Source: Nemertoderma westbladi
Taxonomy: Eukaryota > Animalia > Xenacoelomorpha
DNA: 50,460 bases
Assembly: GCA_032718475.1 (NCBI GenBank)
Contig: JAUCBJ010000680.1
Span: 1 to 50,460 of the forward strand
Direction of reading: 5' to 3'
Each line of letters begins with the position of its first letter. The stretch's first letter is position 1. Below the pieces are notes generated by a model. The model was given only the letters and a program-made list of their open reading frames with translations, did not search any database and had not been told where the DNA came from. Positions 21,501-33,500 of this stretch are shown here, in pieces. The translations under genes were made by a program, and so were the position numbers.

Positions 21501-24500
21501 ACCCCAATCACTAAGTCATTAAGTAGCCCAAGTCATTGAAGAAAATAACCCTGTGGGCCTGAAGTGTGATAGCGGGATTCCTGGAAAACTGGAATCGTGG
21601 TGGGGGGGTTCCCACCAACTGACCAAGTCCTTCTCATTATATACCCTTTGTGACTTGTCTATGTACTGTACATGGCCATATGCAGTTATGTGACACCCAC
21701 CAGAACAGCCAGCCATTACAGGTCCGGTACGGAAAAATAGCCTTAAGTTGCAACCTTGCAAGTGCAGATTAGCAGTAAATTGTGCCTGACATTTACCATA
21801 GGCTCCATCAGGCTTCCTGGAAAACACGTAACAGCGCAACGAGGCACTACAGCGCCCAGCGCTACAGCGCAACAACTCTATAACCAATCGTCAGCATTGG
21901 CGCCACAACCTAAGATTGGGTTATTAATTCCACTATAATTCCATTGACTTCTACAGTCTACACGCTCCGACAACTGTTACTCTACACGCTCCGACAACTG
22001 TTACCCTACACGCTCCGACAACTGTTACCCTACACGCTCCGATAACTGTTACCCTACACGCTCCGACAACTGTTTCCCTACACGCTCCGACAACTGTTAC
22101 CCTACACGCTCCGACAACTGTTACCCTACACGCTCCGACAACTGTTAACATACACGCTCCGACAACTGTTACCCTACAAGCTCCGACAACTGTTACCCTA
22201 CACGCTCCGACAACTGTTACCCTACACGCTCCGACAACTGTTACCCTACACGCTCCGACAACTGTTACCCTACACGCTCCGACAACTGTTACCCTACACG
22301 CTCCGACAACTGTTACCCTACACGCTCCGACAACTGTTACCCTACACGCTCCGACAACTGTTACCCTACACGCTCCGACAACTGTTACCCTACACGCTCC
22401 GACAACTGTTACCCTACACGCTCCGACAACTGTTACCCTACACGCTCCGACAACTGTTACCACGCTCCGACAACTGTTACCCTACACGCTCCGACAAGCA
22501 GAACAACGAAATCTGCCTTGTCGCGGTTTGACTGGTCCTCTTGTTGCAAGCCTAACCATGGAGCCTATTCTGGAACCATAGCAACGGTTGTTATTGCCGT
22601 TTTACCAAGGACCAAAACCTCCCAAACCATATTGATACTGAATGACAATTATAACAATGGGTTGTTGTTATTAGTTGTTATTGTTTAGAGAGGACTCCGT
22701 CAATATCTTAAAACTTATAAGGCCCTCAGGATCAGAGGGGATCCGAGAAAAAAAGTTCGGCTTTCGGAATTTAGTTCAAAAGTCAACTATTTTTTTGAAA
22801 AACCCCATTAACTAACTAAAATTTGCAGTGATAAGTTAATTATAACCACTTTAACTAAATAACATAAAATAACAATGGGGGGGTGTATAGATTATTATTA
22901 AACAGATGAAAGTTCAACTAGTTGAACAGCACTGCTTATGACATAAGCGAATATTACACCTGGGTCTCCAATATCTCTACAATTCTCCATTCAAATGAGT
23001 TCCATCCAGGTTGCAACCCTGTTTCCTGTTTCTTCATATTGGAACTGAAATGTAACGGGATGAGCTGCCTGGTCAATAATATTTACTGGCACTTTATCAC
23101 TTATAGAAGTATCTTTGCGATGAACATATACGTTGTAACATTTACACAATTCACTGCCATCAATTTTCGGAATTATAAATCCATAATATTCTGGATAGTA
23201 TTCATTAACATAATAAAGACCATTATATGTTTTAGTAACATCCAATAATGTATTGGTAACTTCCCCACTGCCTTCATTGACCATCTGCGCTGCACGGCAA
23301 TTAAAGTCCCCTGCCACTGTGACGATTGAGGCTCTGTTTCTTATTCTTTCACATAGACGTGCAGTGTAGAACCGAAATTTTACATGTGTATTGTTCTCTG
23401 GTGTCATCCGATGCCCATTAATATGGATATCTTTAGGCATAGTAAGCATAGAATAACATTCACAAAGCTCCATTCCATTTACTTCCGGTATAGTAAACCA
23501 ATAATTTTTTCCAACCAATAGTACTCTCCCATTGTATGTTACACCGTTCTTCAGTAAGTCCACATTCACTGTACCATTAGGAATATTGTCGGTAGCCGTA
23601 GCGTCTTTTTGTGACATGTTAATATTTCGAGCTATCTCGCAGGAGGTATCACCACGTATTGTAACACATGTAGCATGTCTTATTCCGAATGAATCATATT
23701 TATACTGGAATAGAATTTGTCTATAATGTAAATTCCCTATCCAACGATAATTATTTATATGGATTCTACTTTGAATGAAGTATATACTGTGGCAGTCACA
23801 AAGTACTTTGTTGTTACTATCTAAAGGCAGTATATACCCATATTTATATATATAGAATGCACAACAACCTAAATAAGTTGTGTCCTCCTCTATGTTTGGT
23901 TTTTCATAGCTGCGTCCTGAGCAACAGGCATCCACTCCTTGAACACTAACCCATGTAACTTCATAAACATATGGTTTATTTCTATCCATTGTACGTTTGC
24001 ATTGAAAGATAACAGCGTCGCCCTCCCGCAAACTCAGCAGGTACCCATTGTTATGGACTTTTGATGTATAAAAGTGCACAACGGTTTCCCTCAGTTTTGT
24101 AGGTTCTATAAACCCAAATTTGTTGTTAACATCAAGATATAAACAATGACCAGAGTATGTTTTATTTTCCTTCATAATACATCCCTCTTCCAAATTAGTT
24201 GCAAAATGCAATTTGTTATGGTCTAGCTGCGTATGCTTTAGTCTTGCGTTTAGCCCTTCTAAATGATTTACTAACAAACTGTTGGAAAATTGCTGAATAT
24301 CAGATTCATGTTGCATAGTACGTAATGGTGGCTGGTGGAATTCTAGACTATGTTCCACTCTTTGCAACAAATAATGACCTGGAAACGGTTCCGGTTGCAT
24401 ATAGGTACCACTTTGAGGTGGTACAGGTTGTATAGTGCCATGGCTTATTGATGGCAGAGGGAACTTTTGACCTTGTTCGACTCCTTGCTGCACATGATGA

Positions 24501-27500
24501 CCTGGATACGGTATCGGTTGCATATAGTTGCCACTTTGAAATGGTACAGGTTGTATAGCGCCATGGTTTATTGGTGGCAGAGGGAACTGGTGACCTTGTT
24601 CGACTCCTTGCTGCACATGATGACCTGGATACGGTACCGGTTGCATATAGTTGCCACTTTGAGATGGTACAGGTTGTATAGCGCCATGGCTTATTGGTGG
24701 CAGAGGGAACTGGTGGCCTTGTTCGACTCCTTGCTGCACATGATGACCTGGATACGGTACCGGTTGCATATAGTTGCCACTTTGAGATGGTACAGGTTGT
24801 ATAGCGCCATGGCTTATTGGTAGCAGAGGGAACTGGTGATCTTGTTCCATTCCTTGCTCTACATGATGAGTTTGAAACAGTCCCGGTTGAATACGTTGAG
24901 TTTGATACACTTCTGGGGTTTGCATAAGGGTCATATTTGTGTTTGGAATAGCGTGGCACTGGAGTGTTTGATATCCTTCTTGGAGCATATTAAGTGGAAT
25001 GTTTGTGGGAGGTGGGGGGTTATTGGGAGGCCTACTTGCTGGTCCTTCTGCTTGCACAATGCTCGTTTTTAGCACGTTTTGGACGGATGGTTGACTTTTT
25101 ACTGGCCCACGAAACCATTCTCCTTTATAATTGCACCTCCTAAGTAGAATTTGAGTAAGTTCTTTTGGGGTGATTTGTAGAACACTCATCGCTTCTTCCA
25201 AAAGTTCACTTGTCCATATTTCGACGAACGAGTCGAGTTTACTGCCAAGGTTATATAAAATTTGTAAGTGGTTTATCTCTGAACTGGGAAGAGAGGTGGA
25301 ACAATAGTACCAACTAATATGTTCCTGTAATATATCAATTTGTTTTTCTACAATCATCTCCAATATTTTATGTAATTTGTTTAGGTGTGTCTCCTTGTCA
25401 AAATCTGCCAGTGAATTGCATTCTTTTTCTACAAACGTAAGGAACCTTGAATAATTTGTGTTGACCAGTGTTAAATTATTTTCGATTTCTTGGGATTTTG
25501 ATGAACAATTTATATCCAAACGCGAAGAATAGATATCTTTCATCTTTGAAAATTGATCAACCAATCCCACATCCAGGTTTGATGCCACATTATGATTCGC
25601 AGCCATTTTGTGACAGGCATCAGCCTACATGCACACTCTTATATTTTTGTATACTATTCCTTCTAGAGCATTATTCAGAATTTCGAGATATTTTAATCAT
25701 ACTAGGCCTATGTACTGTATAATAATAAAATAAAAATATCTAAAACATAAAATATATAGCTAAAATAAATATTTATGATTAAAAATTAACTACCTACCAT
25801 AAAATAACTATTTTATAGCTACCATAATATTGTGGGAAGGTCTATGTTCTAGAATTTTAGAATTTACTAGATTCAAAATCGTCTATCAAACATATAACAT
25901 AATTTATAAAATAATAATATAAATTTTAGTGCCCAGCCAAAGCAACGCACCTTAATCAATCTACAAAGCACCTTAAGAATTTCAACACAACTTAAAACAG
26001 ATAATAATCGCTTATATACCGGCCTTGGATCGTCTTATAGTAGCTGTAAACGTCACTTCCCTATCCCACTCGCACCTATCGTCTCTGTTTGCGTACAAAT
26101 TTAGTAAGAGGGAAATATTTTCAAGACTATCACCAGGCCAGGGTCACTGACATACAAAGAGACTGTCAACCACAACTGTATTCAACAGTGCTATGACAAC
26201 AGTGCAGTCAGTATCTTTCGACAGTAAACATAATAATTGCATCCGGCAATACTTTGACTTGACCTAGTGAACCGTATATAACCTACCGCAATGACGATTT
26301 TAATGAGATATTTGGTATTTTGTCTTTTTTTACCGTTAATTGTCCTAATTATCGTTTTTACTTAATTTCCCATACGTGATTAACTGTGCAATTCTCTTTT
26401 ATATTGTCGGCTAAGAGCGAATTAAATTAAATGAATGGTTGGAATGTTGAATATATTAATCAGAATGTTGAATATATTAATCAGCTGCCACACTACGAAT
26501 AATAATAGAATATCGGTTTAGCTATTGTGCAGTTTATTAAGAGTATCATTTAGTGTATGGCGGGTAGGCTTAGGGTTAAGGTTGCGACACATACTGTACC
26601 TGTATGTTTAGCATGTATTTATATTTGTTTGTGTTTGTGTTTGTGTTTGTGTGTTTGTTGTTCTTCGATGACCCTGGGTTGAGAAGTATATTTTGGGCTA
26701 AATTTTGGGTAAAATCTATATTTTTTTATTGGGGGTGTGTAAGACTCCTGTTCTTCCTTTAAGTTAATATATACATACATAACAACCCCCTGTTAGTCAG
26801 TATGTCATTAACATCAATTATCATCTTATGAAAGTGGAGCACAATTCCGACATTACTGCAAATCATAAAATCTTATATAAATTTTGTACTGTGTGTGTGC
26901 CCTAGCACTCTACCAGTTTTCCATTGGTAACATATTTACACACCATAGGCCTATAGGGTTTCTGTGGTCTGATCTCTGTTTGGGCTAGGGGGTCACTGAT
27001 TTGATTAATTTACTGTAGTTTCACATTTACATACGAAGTACATTCGATCATATAAAGTGTTACACCGGACAGCCGGATTTCCAAATTGTAAGACTCCTGC
27101 AGCCCTGCGATGTTACCGTACCTAGAGCAGGTGGCAGGGCCGCTCTATGTCAGTATGTAATACTGTAAACTGTAATAAGTATTTTATTATTATTATTCCC
27201 GGTAGTTCCGTTTCCGTACGCGTAGGTAGGTAGCTACAAGCTAACGCATCTGTCAGTCTGTTACGGTACTGTATTGATTGATAAACAGATAAATGTCGGA
27301 TTACCGCTATCGGTAATGGCTAACAGGCTAATCAGCTAATTGTTAGCTTTGATGTTGGTTGTGTTGTGTAGGTCTATCTATACTCTATTTATATTTATAT
27401 CTTTATATTTTATTCTGTAATGAATACAACGGCGAGTCAACAACGGGCAGAACTCATAAAACTCCAAAAGAAAGAAACCGAATTTCAGATGCGAACCTTT

Positions 27501-30500
27501 ATGAACTTATACAACGAGATTACCAGTAAATGCTTTTCCCTCTGCGTCAACCGATTTAATCGGTCGTCTGTAGAAGACTCGGACGAGATTTGCTTAAACT
27601 CGTGCGTTTCTCGATTCGCGAAACTTAACCAGCGTTTAACTTTAGCGTTCGTCGACAATAATCAGAAGAAACTTCAACAACAAATGCAGGAAGCAGCAAT
27701 TACTTCGGCTAATTCAGCAGCTGCATTCTCTAACCCGGTATAAGGCAATAAACTATCTCACAGCACTGCAGTAAGAGCAGCATAGTTGTATACATACAGG
27801 GATATCTGCAGAGAATAACTAAATTATAGGCCTATTGCATATAAAACCATATCGCTCGCTACCCTACCGGTACCGTCGGCAGCTTTTCAAACCTGAACCT
27901 ATTTATTACAAAATTAGCCATCTACAAGACGACCAAAGTTAATTAGTTTATTGACTGGTAGGTAATATTGGCGGTAATAAAAACAGAAATCTGGAAATGG
28001 AATCCCCAGCGGTTGATTTAGAGAAACAGCGAAGTATTCTAGAACGTCTCAGTCTGTGGGACTCTAAAGAGAACCCGCTGGCTGGGTTAACGGAAAGTCA
28101 GAGAGACGACGTCTCTCTACTGAGCTCGATAATCAGTAACACCCGGTTACCCGGGCAACTAGAACCCGTTAGCAACGCGACCCCTAGCAACCAATCGCAA
28201 TTAACCCACAAAGCGTCTCTAAGGATCGCCGACGAACTGCAAGAGGCGACGAATTCCGACGAGTTACACGAACTCGCGGAGTTACGGGACTCGCTAGGCT
28301 CGTCCGTGGACGAGTGCGAAGCGATGCTGACGGCGGTGGACGCGGGACTCGTCCGGCTGTCCCGTCTGTCCCGCGAGTTGGCCGGCGTGACCGCGAGTAC
28401 CACCGCGCTACACGACGACTGCGACGAGCGCGTCCGACAGCGGGGGGACCTCGCCGCGAGCGCCGAGTCCCTCGCCCAACGACTGAGTTACTTCAACGAG
28501 TTGGAACGACTCGACCAGCGGCTCAACTCGGGCGGGTTGTCGGCGAGCTCCGATGGTTTCCTCGTTGCGCTCGGTCGTATCGACGAGTGCGTCGCCTTCC
28601 TCCGCGCGCATCCCGAGTACCGTGACTCCGCCGTCTACCTCGCCAGATTCAACCAGTGTCTCAACAAATCCCTAGGGTTAGTGAAAGGTTACGTGGAGAC
28701 CGCGCTAGTTGGCGCTACCGACGCGCTTATTAAGCGCGAAGGCGAGGCAACGCGTAGCGATAATGCGGTAACCCTGTTCTACGGGAAGTTCCGCGCCAAC
28801 GCGCCGCGCATTAAGAGTTTAATGGAGCGGTTGGAGCGCCGCGATGGGTGCGCGGCCGAATACCGCGCGGTGTTGGAGGAGTGCCGCACGTGCTACGTGT
28901 CGCAACGCGAGCGACTAGTGCGTCCCTCGGTGGTCGCGGCCATGGGGGAGCTAGCGAGCGAGCACCGCCGCGACCACTGCACCATGGTGCGCACCGGAGC
29001 GGTCTTTATGGTGCATCTCTCCCGCGACGAGTACCAACTCTACCAACACTTCTTTACGCGACCGTGTAAGCGTCTAGACGCTTTATTAGAGTCGCTATGC
29101 GCCGCGCTATACGATATATTCCGTCCGATGGTAATCCGAGTGAACCATTTAGAGACGTTAGCCGAATTGTGCGCGATCCTTAAGGACGAGATGCTGGAGA
29201 ACTACGTGCAGAGAGACCCCGAGGAGTTGGCCGCCTTGGGGAACGTGTTCACCCAGATGCTGGAGGACGTACAGGAGCGGTTGGTCTACCGGACCTCCAT
29301 CTACACGCGAACCGACATCCTCGGCTACTCGCCCAGCCCCGGGGACCTCGCCTACCCGGATAAACTCCTCATGATGGAGTCGATAGCCTCGAGTCTCAAT
29401 AATCGGTCGAACAGCCTCGATTCCGAGGGTTTCGAGTCGGTTTCCATGTCGGACTCGGTCGTCGGACAGTCGTCGGTTAGCCCCGCGGACATCCACGGTA
29501 TGTGGTTCCCCACCGTCCGACGCACCATGGTCTGTCTCAGCAAACTCTACCGCTGTCTCGATAAGTCCATCTTCCAGGGATTGAGTCAGGAAGCTCTATC
29601 GATGTGCGTTGTCTCCTTAGAGAGCGCGAGCAGTCGGTTGGTAGCGGAACGCGGTACCGTACACGGTCGGTTGTTCCTCATTAAACATCTACTGATCCTC
29701 AGGGAGCAGATCAGCCCGTTTAAGGCGGAGTTCTCCATAGGGGAAACCTCCATCGATTTCTCGCATACGGCGTCCGCGGTCCGCGGTTTCTGGTCCCACA
29801 AACGCGACGGTAAACTCTTGGCTTTATCCTCGGAGAACGCCTTCCTCGCGCTGCTACTCGAAGGCTCGCCCCAAGCCACGGAAGTTCGCCACGACTCGCG
29901 CAAACAGGTTGACGTCCATCTCAAACAGAGTTGCTTGCGATTCATCGACGAGTCTTCGGTTGGGCTCGTTAAGGAGTTGCGGGATTTCGTTGACAAGGCC
30001 AAAGTGATAGTCGAGTTGAAGAAGCAAGGCGAGACCGGAGTTTGCGTGAAGGATCAGCCGTGGGGTAGCCCGGAGACGATCCACGACCTGGTCGCTTCCA
30101 CTAGCAGGAACGTTAAGACCAAGTTACCGGGGTTACTGTCTACCATGCGTTTATATTTAGCCAATAAGGAGACTGAGTTGGTTCTATTTCGGGCTATTCG
30201 CAGTAACGTTCAGTCCGTCTACAGCGACGCCTCCCGTTTAGTTACCGATACTTACGACGAGGAGAGCGTCGCTATTATTGGTTGTCCTTCGGTTGAGGAA
30301 CTTAATCTAATTTTATCTGTCAGTTTATTTAATTAAATGTCTCCCATTCGGTGTTTTTCAACCTGATTCGATTATTTTCTCCAGATAAATTTATTTTTTT
30401 TTATTTAATTATTGTTAAATTGGCGATACAATTATATTATGTCCGGGGTATTTGTGGGTCGATATAGATTCTTTTAGTTTTGTAACAAACTTATGTGGAA

Positions 30501-33500
30501 CCGGGATTATTAAGAATTTGGTATATTTGATTCGGCCGCAACCAATATATCATATTTACTCAGTCATATCCCATTAGTCTGACTAACGTATTAATTATTA
30601 TTGAGGAGTAGGGGGGGGGGGGGGGGGGGGTGGTGGTGTCGCCCTCAGACAAATTGCTATGGGTCAAAATCACTAAAAGTGGCCAAACTTAAGATGGGAT
30701 TTTCGTCAAAAGTATAGTATAGAGCATTACAGCTCAGATATTCTGAAATATTAATACAAGGGAGCGTTGCAAAAAATGGTATTCTATAACACAAAAAAAT
30801 GGCGGTCATTTTAATATATAAAATATTTGAAATGATCGAGGAATTCAAAAGTTACGGCGTGTCTAATGTTATTGTTTAGATTTTGGCCGCTTTTAGTGAT
30901 TTTGACCCTAAAGGAATTTTATAATTGAGTTTTTCTATACTACAATTTTCTGCATCTCCTAAATATGCCCTAAAGCCCCGTTCGCATCCATAATGGTGCG
31001 TGAGCGGTAAAGTAGTCTAGCGGTATTGAAGCGGAAAGCCAGCGGTACACTACCCGGAGCCCGTTCACACCCAACTGTACCGATGCGGTTGTCTCTCTGT
31101 CGACTGTGAATTCAACAGGAAATTACATTAATTGTTTTAACATTGTTTAAACGGGCTGCGGTAAATGGTGCGGTTTAGCGCACAACTACCTGTTGGGTAG
31201 TTCCAGTCAGAGGTGTACCGCTGGCCCTGCGGTACACCGCGCGGTGTACACTGTTCCGTTGGATGTGAACGGGCCTTAATCGAAGTAAATTTCTGCACAA
31301 GCTCACTATAATCTAATAATCCTACGATATTCCAACCTTATCCGTTGTCCTAACCAAGTTAAATTACTATAAGAGATGGGGACTTCTCAAACTTGGTAAC
31401 AGTAAGTAAGTCGTCGCAAAACTATTTAAACTTCCTTTAGTATTAAATTAGAAGCCTAAATATTTACAAACGGAAAATGAAAAATGTAACACCCTGAATT
31501 TAATATAGAAGTCATGTTTATTTCAATCAATAATTAATTATGTATTACCGTATAAATAGGGTCAGAAAGCCTGAGCCTATATTATAACCGCCATATCCCG
31601 AAACAGCATCTCCACGGTGAACTCTTTAGATGGTCAGCAGCCTCCTTTAATGGGCTATGAGTCCCGTAAAACATTCTCACCAATCTTATAAAGTTATACT
31701 TATAACATAATATACTTCCGGTTTTACTTCCTACCCTATAGGGATAGGGATATACACAGATATACCTATGGAGTTATATAGGGGCCGTGCACAAATGATG
31801 TGACGATGTGAACAATTTTTGACCCCCCTCCCCCCCCCCCCCCCCCCTCCCCCCTCTGTCACGAATTTTGTAACCCCCCCCCTCCCCCCTTGAACGTCAC
31901 GTCACAAAACATTACCCAGTATAGTTAATAAAAAATGTTAAATTTGAAATTATTATGTTATGAAAACTTAATGTTAATACTTCATTAATTCAGCTGTACA
32001 CAATGACTAAACAAGGAAGATACCCCACATATTCACTCCCATGGGAATGACGACACCTGAGTTTCGACATCGATCACCGGAAGTACACCAGGTATACGAT
32101 CGACTATTGTGCCACTCCCGTGGTCCAACTCTACCTCGTCCTTATCTACCCAGTCAATGTGGTGTTCTTCATCTTTATGCCACTTTGAATTATTAACACT
32201 TCATCACCTCGATTCGCGATTACTTGAATAGATTTCACTTTGGTTGTTGATGTTGGTGTTATGAATTTCTTTGTTCACCAAAGTGATATATGACTTCACT
32301 AGTATAGCTACAGCCGCCCACACCCCCCCTCCACCATGTCACAAATTGTCACAAAATTACAACCCCCTCTTGACCGTGACATCATTTGTGCACGACCCCA
32401 TAGTATTTTTAGTTTTTTCTATCGAGGTTTATCTAGCAGATCGCGCTGATAATTTAGTTTATAATATGAATGAATGATACTCAACTGACTAACAAACCGA
32501 CAGAAACTTTTTGCTTTGAAAAAATAATTTGGATCATTAAGTTATCGCTGTACTTCGTGGCTCGCCCCACAGAGGATGGGCCCGACTAAAACTATTCCAT
32601 TACCTTATATTTTGCAGCTGGAAGTTCTACAAAGTCAGAACTCCGAAATATCGCCAATGCTGCAAGAATTGGAAAGATCGAATTGCAGTACAATGTTGCA
32701 AAAGATAAATAAAGAGTATAACGAATGTTCGGAGCTAGTCAAACACAATAAAAAGACGTTAAGTGAGTAATGAATAATTATTGACATGCTAATTATACTG
32801 TAGTAGCCCTTGCCATATAAGAATACTATAAAAAAAAAGTAGTCTAGTAAAAAAGTAGTCTTTTGACATAGTTTTAGTGTTATGTAATGAAGTTTGTTTA
32901 ATAATTTGTAGTCAATAAATAAATGTACATGTAATAATTATTCAACTATACGATGGATTGTAATGATTAATAATAATAAACATTGATTGTTTAGTTTTAT
33001 TATTATTTGTTGAGATTTTTTTTAAGATCTATAACTTCACATGTGCGTCTCCAATTATATGTTAGGTAACATGCTAAGGACGAGAGAGGAAACAGAAGCA
33101 ATGCTATTGGATTCTTCCGCTTGGTTGACGGCGATGCAGAACCAATTGGTGCAGCTAAAGCAACCTTGTGGCCACACAGTGAGGGATGCGCAAAGTTTGT
33201 TGCAGAAATACAGGTAGGTCTATCATCAGTAATTTGCTAGAAGTGATGTATAACCAGTCTCTACCCCAATCTTCAAGAATTATTTAAATTATAGAATAAA
33301 TGTATCTATTTTGATTCAGGGACCTGAACCAAAGAGTTGATAATTACAAGAGCGACATTGAAACTCTGAACCAACAAAAGGCAGCATTGGAGGTGACAAG
33401 AAGAACTCTAACCTTGGATAAAGTCGACAAATTAGCTGTCCAATATCTGATGCTAAAACAGAGTATAAAACAAAGGTTTGTAAGCCTAATCAACGTAATT

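Noticed and set aside
21951-22463. (VTVVGACR)n ORF on the minus strand
   Set aside because: 24-bp minisatellite with no ATG start and no non-repetitive coding flanks.
20960-26450. A large DNA transposon carrying the cold-shock-like gene
   Set aside because: I could not find matching TIRs, a TSD or a transposase by eye; this remains open pending a copy-number search.
26569-26583. Telomeric TTAGGG seed
   Set aside because: Only one perfect unit plus a degenerate one.
30611-30630. Poly-G/poly-C runs (also 14176-14190, 31823-31853, 50138-50152) as functional G-quadruplexes
   Set aside because: Homopolymer runs of uncertain length, several within repeats, with no supporting context.
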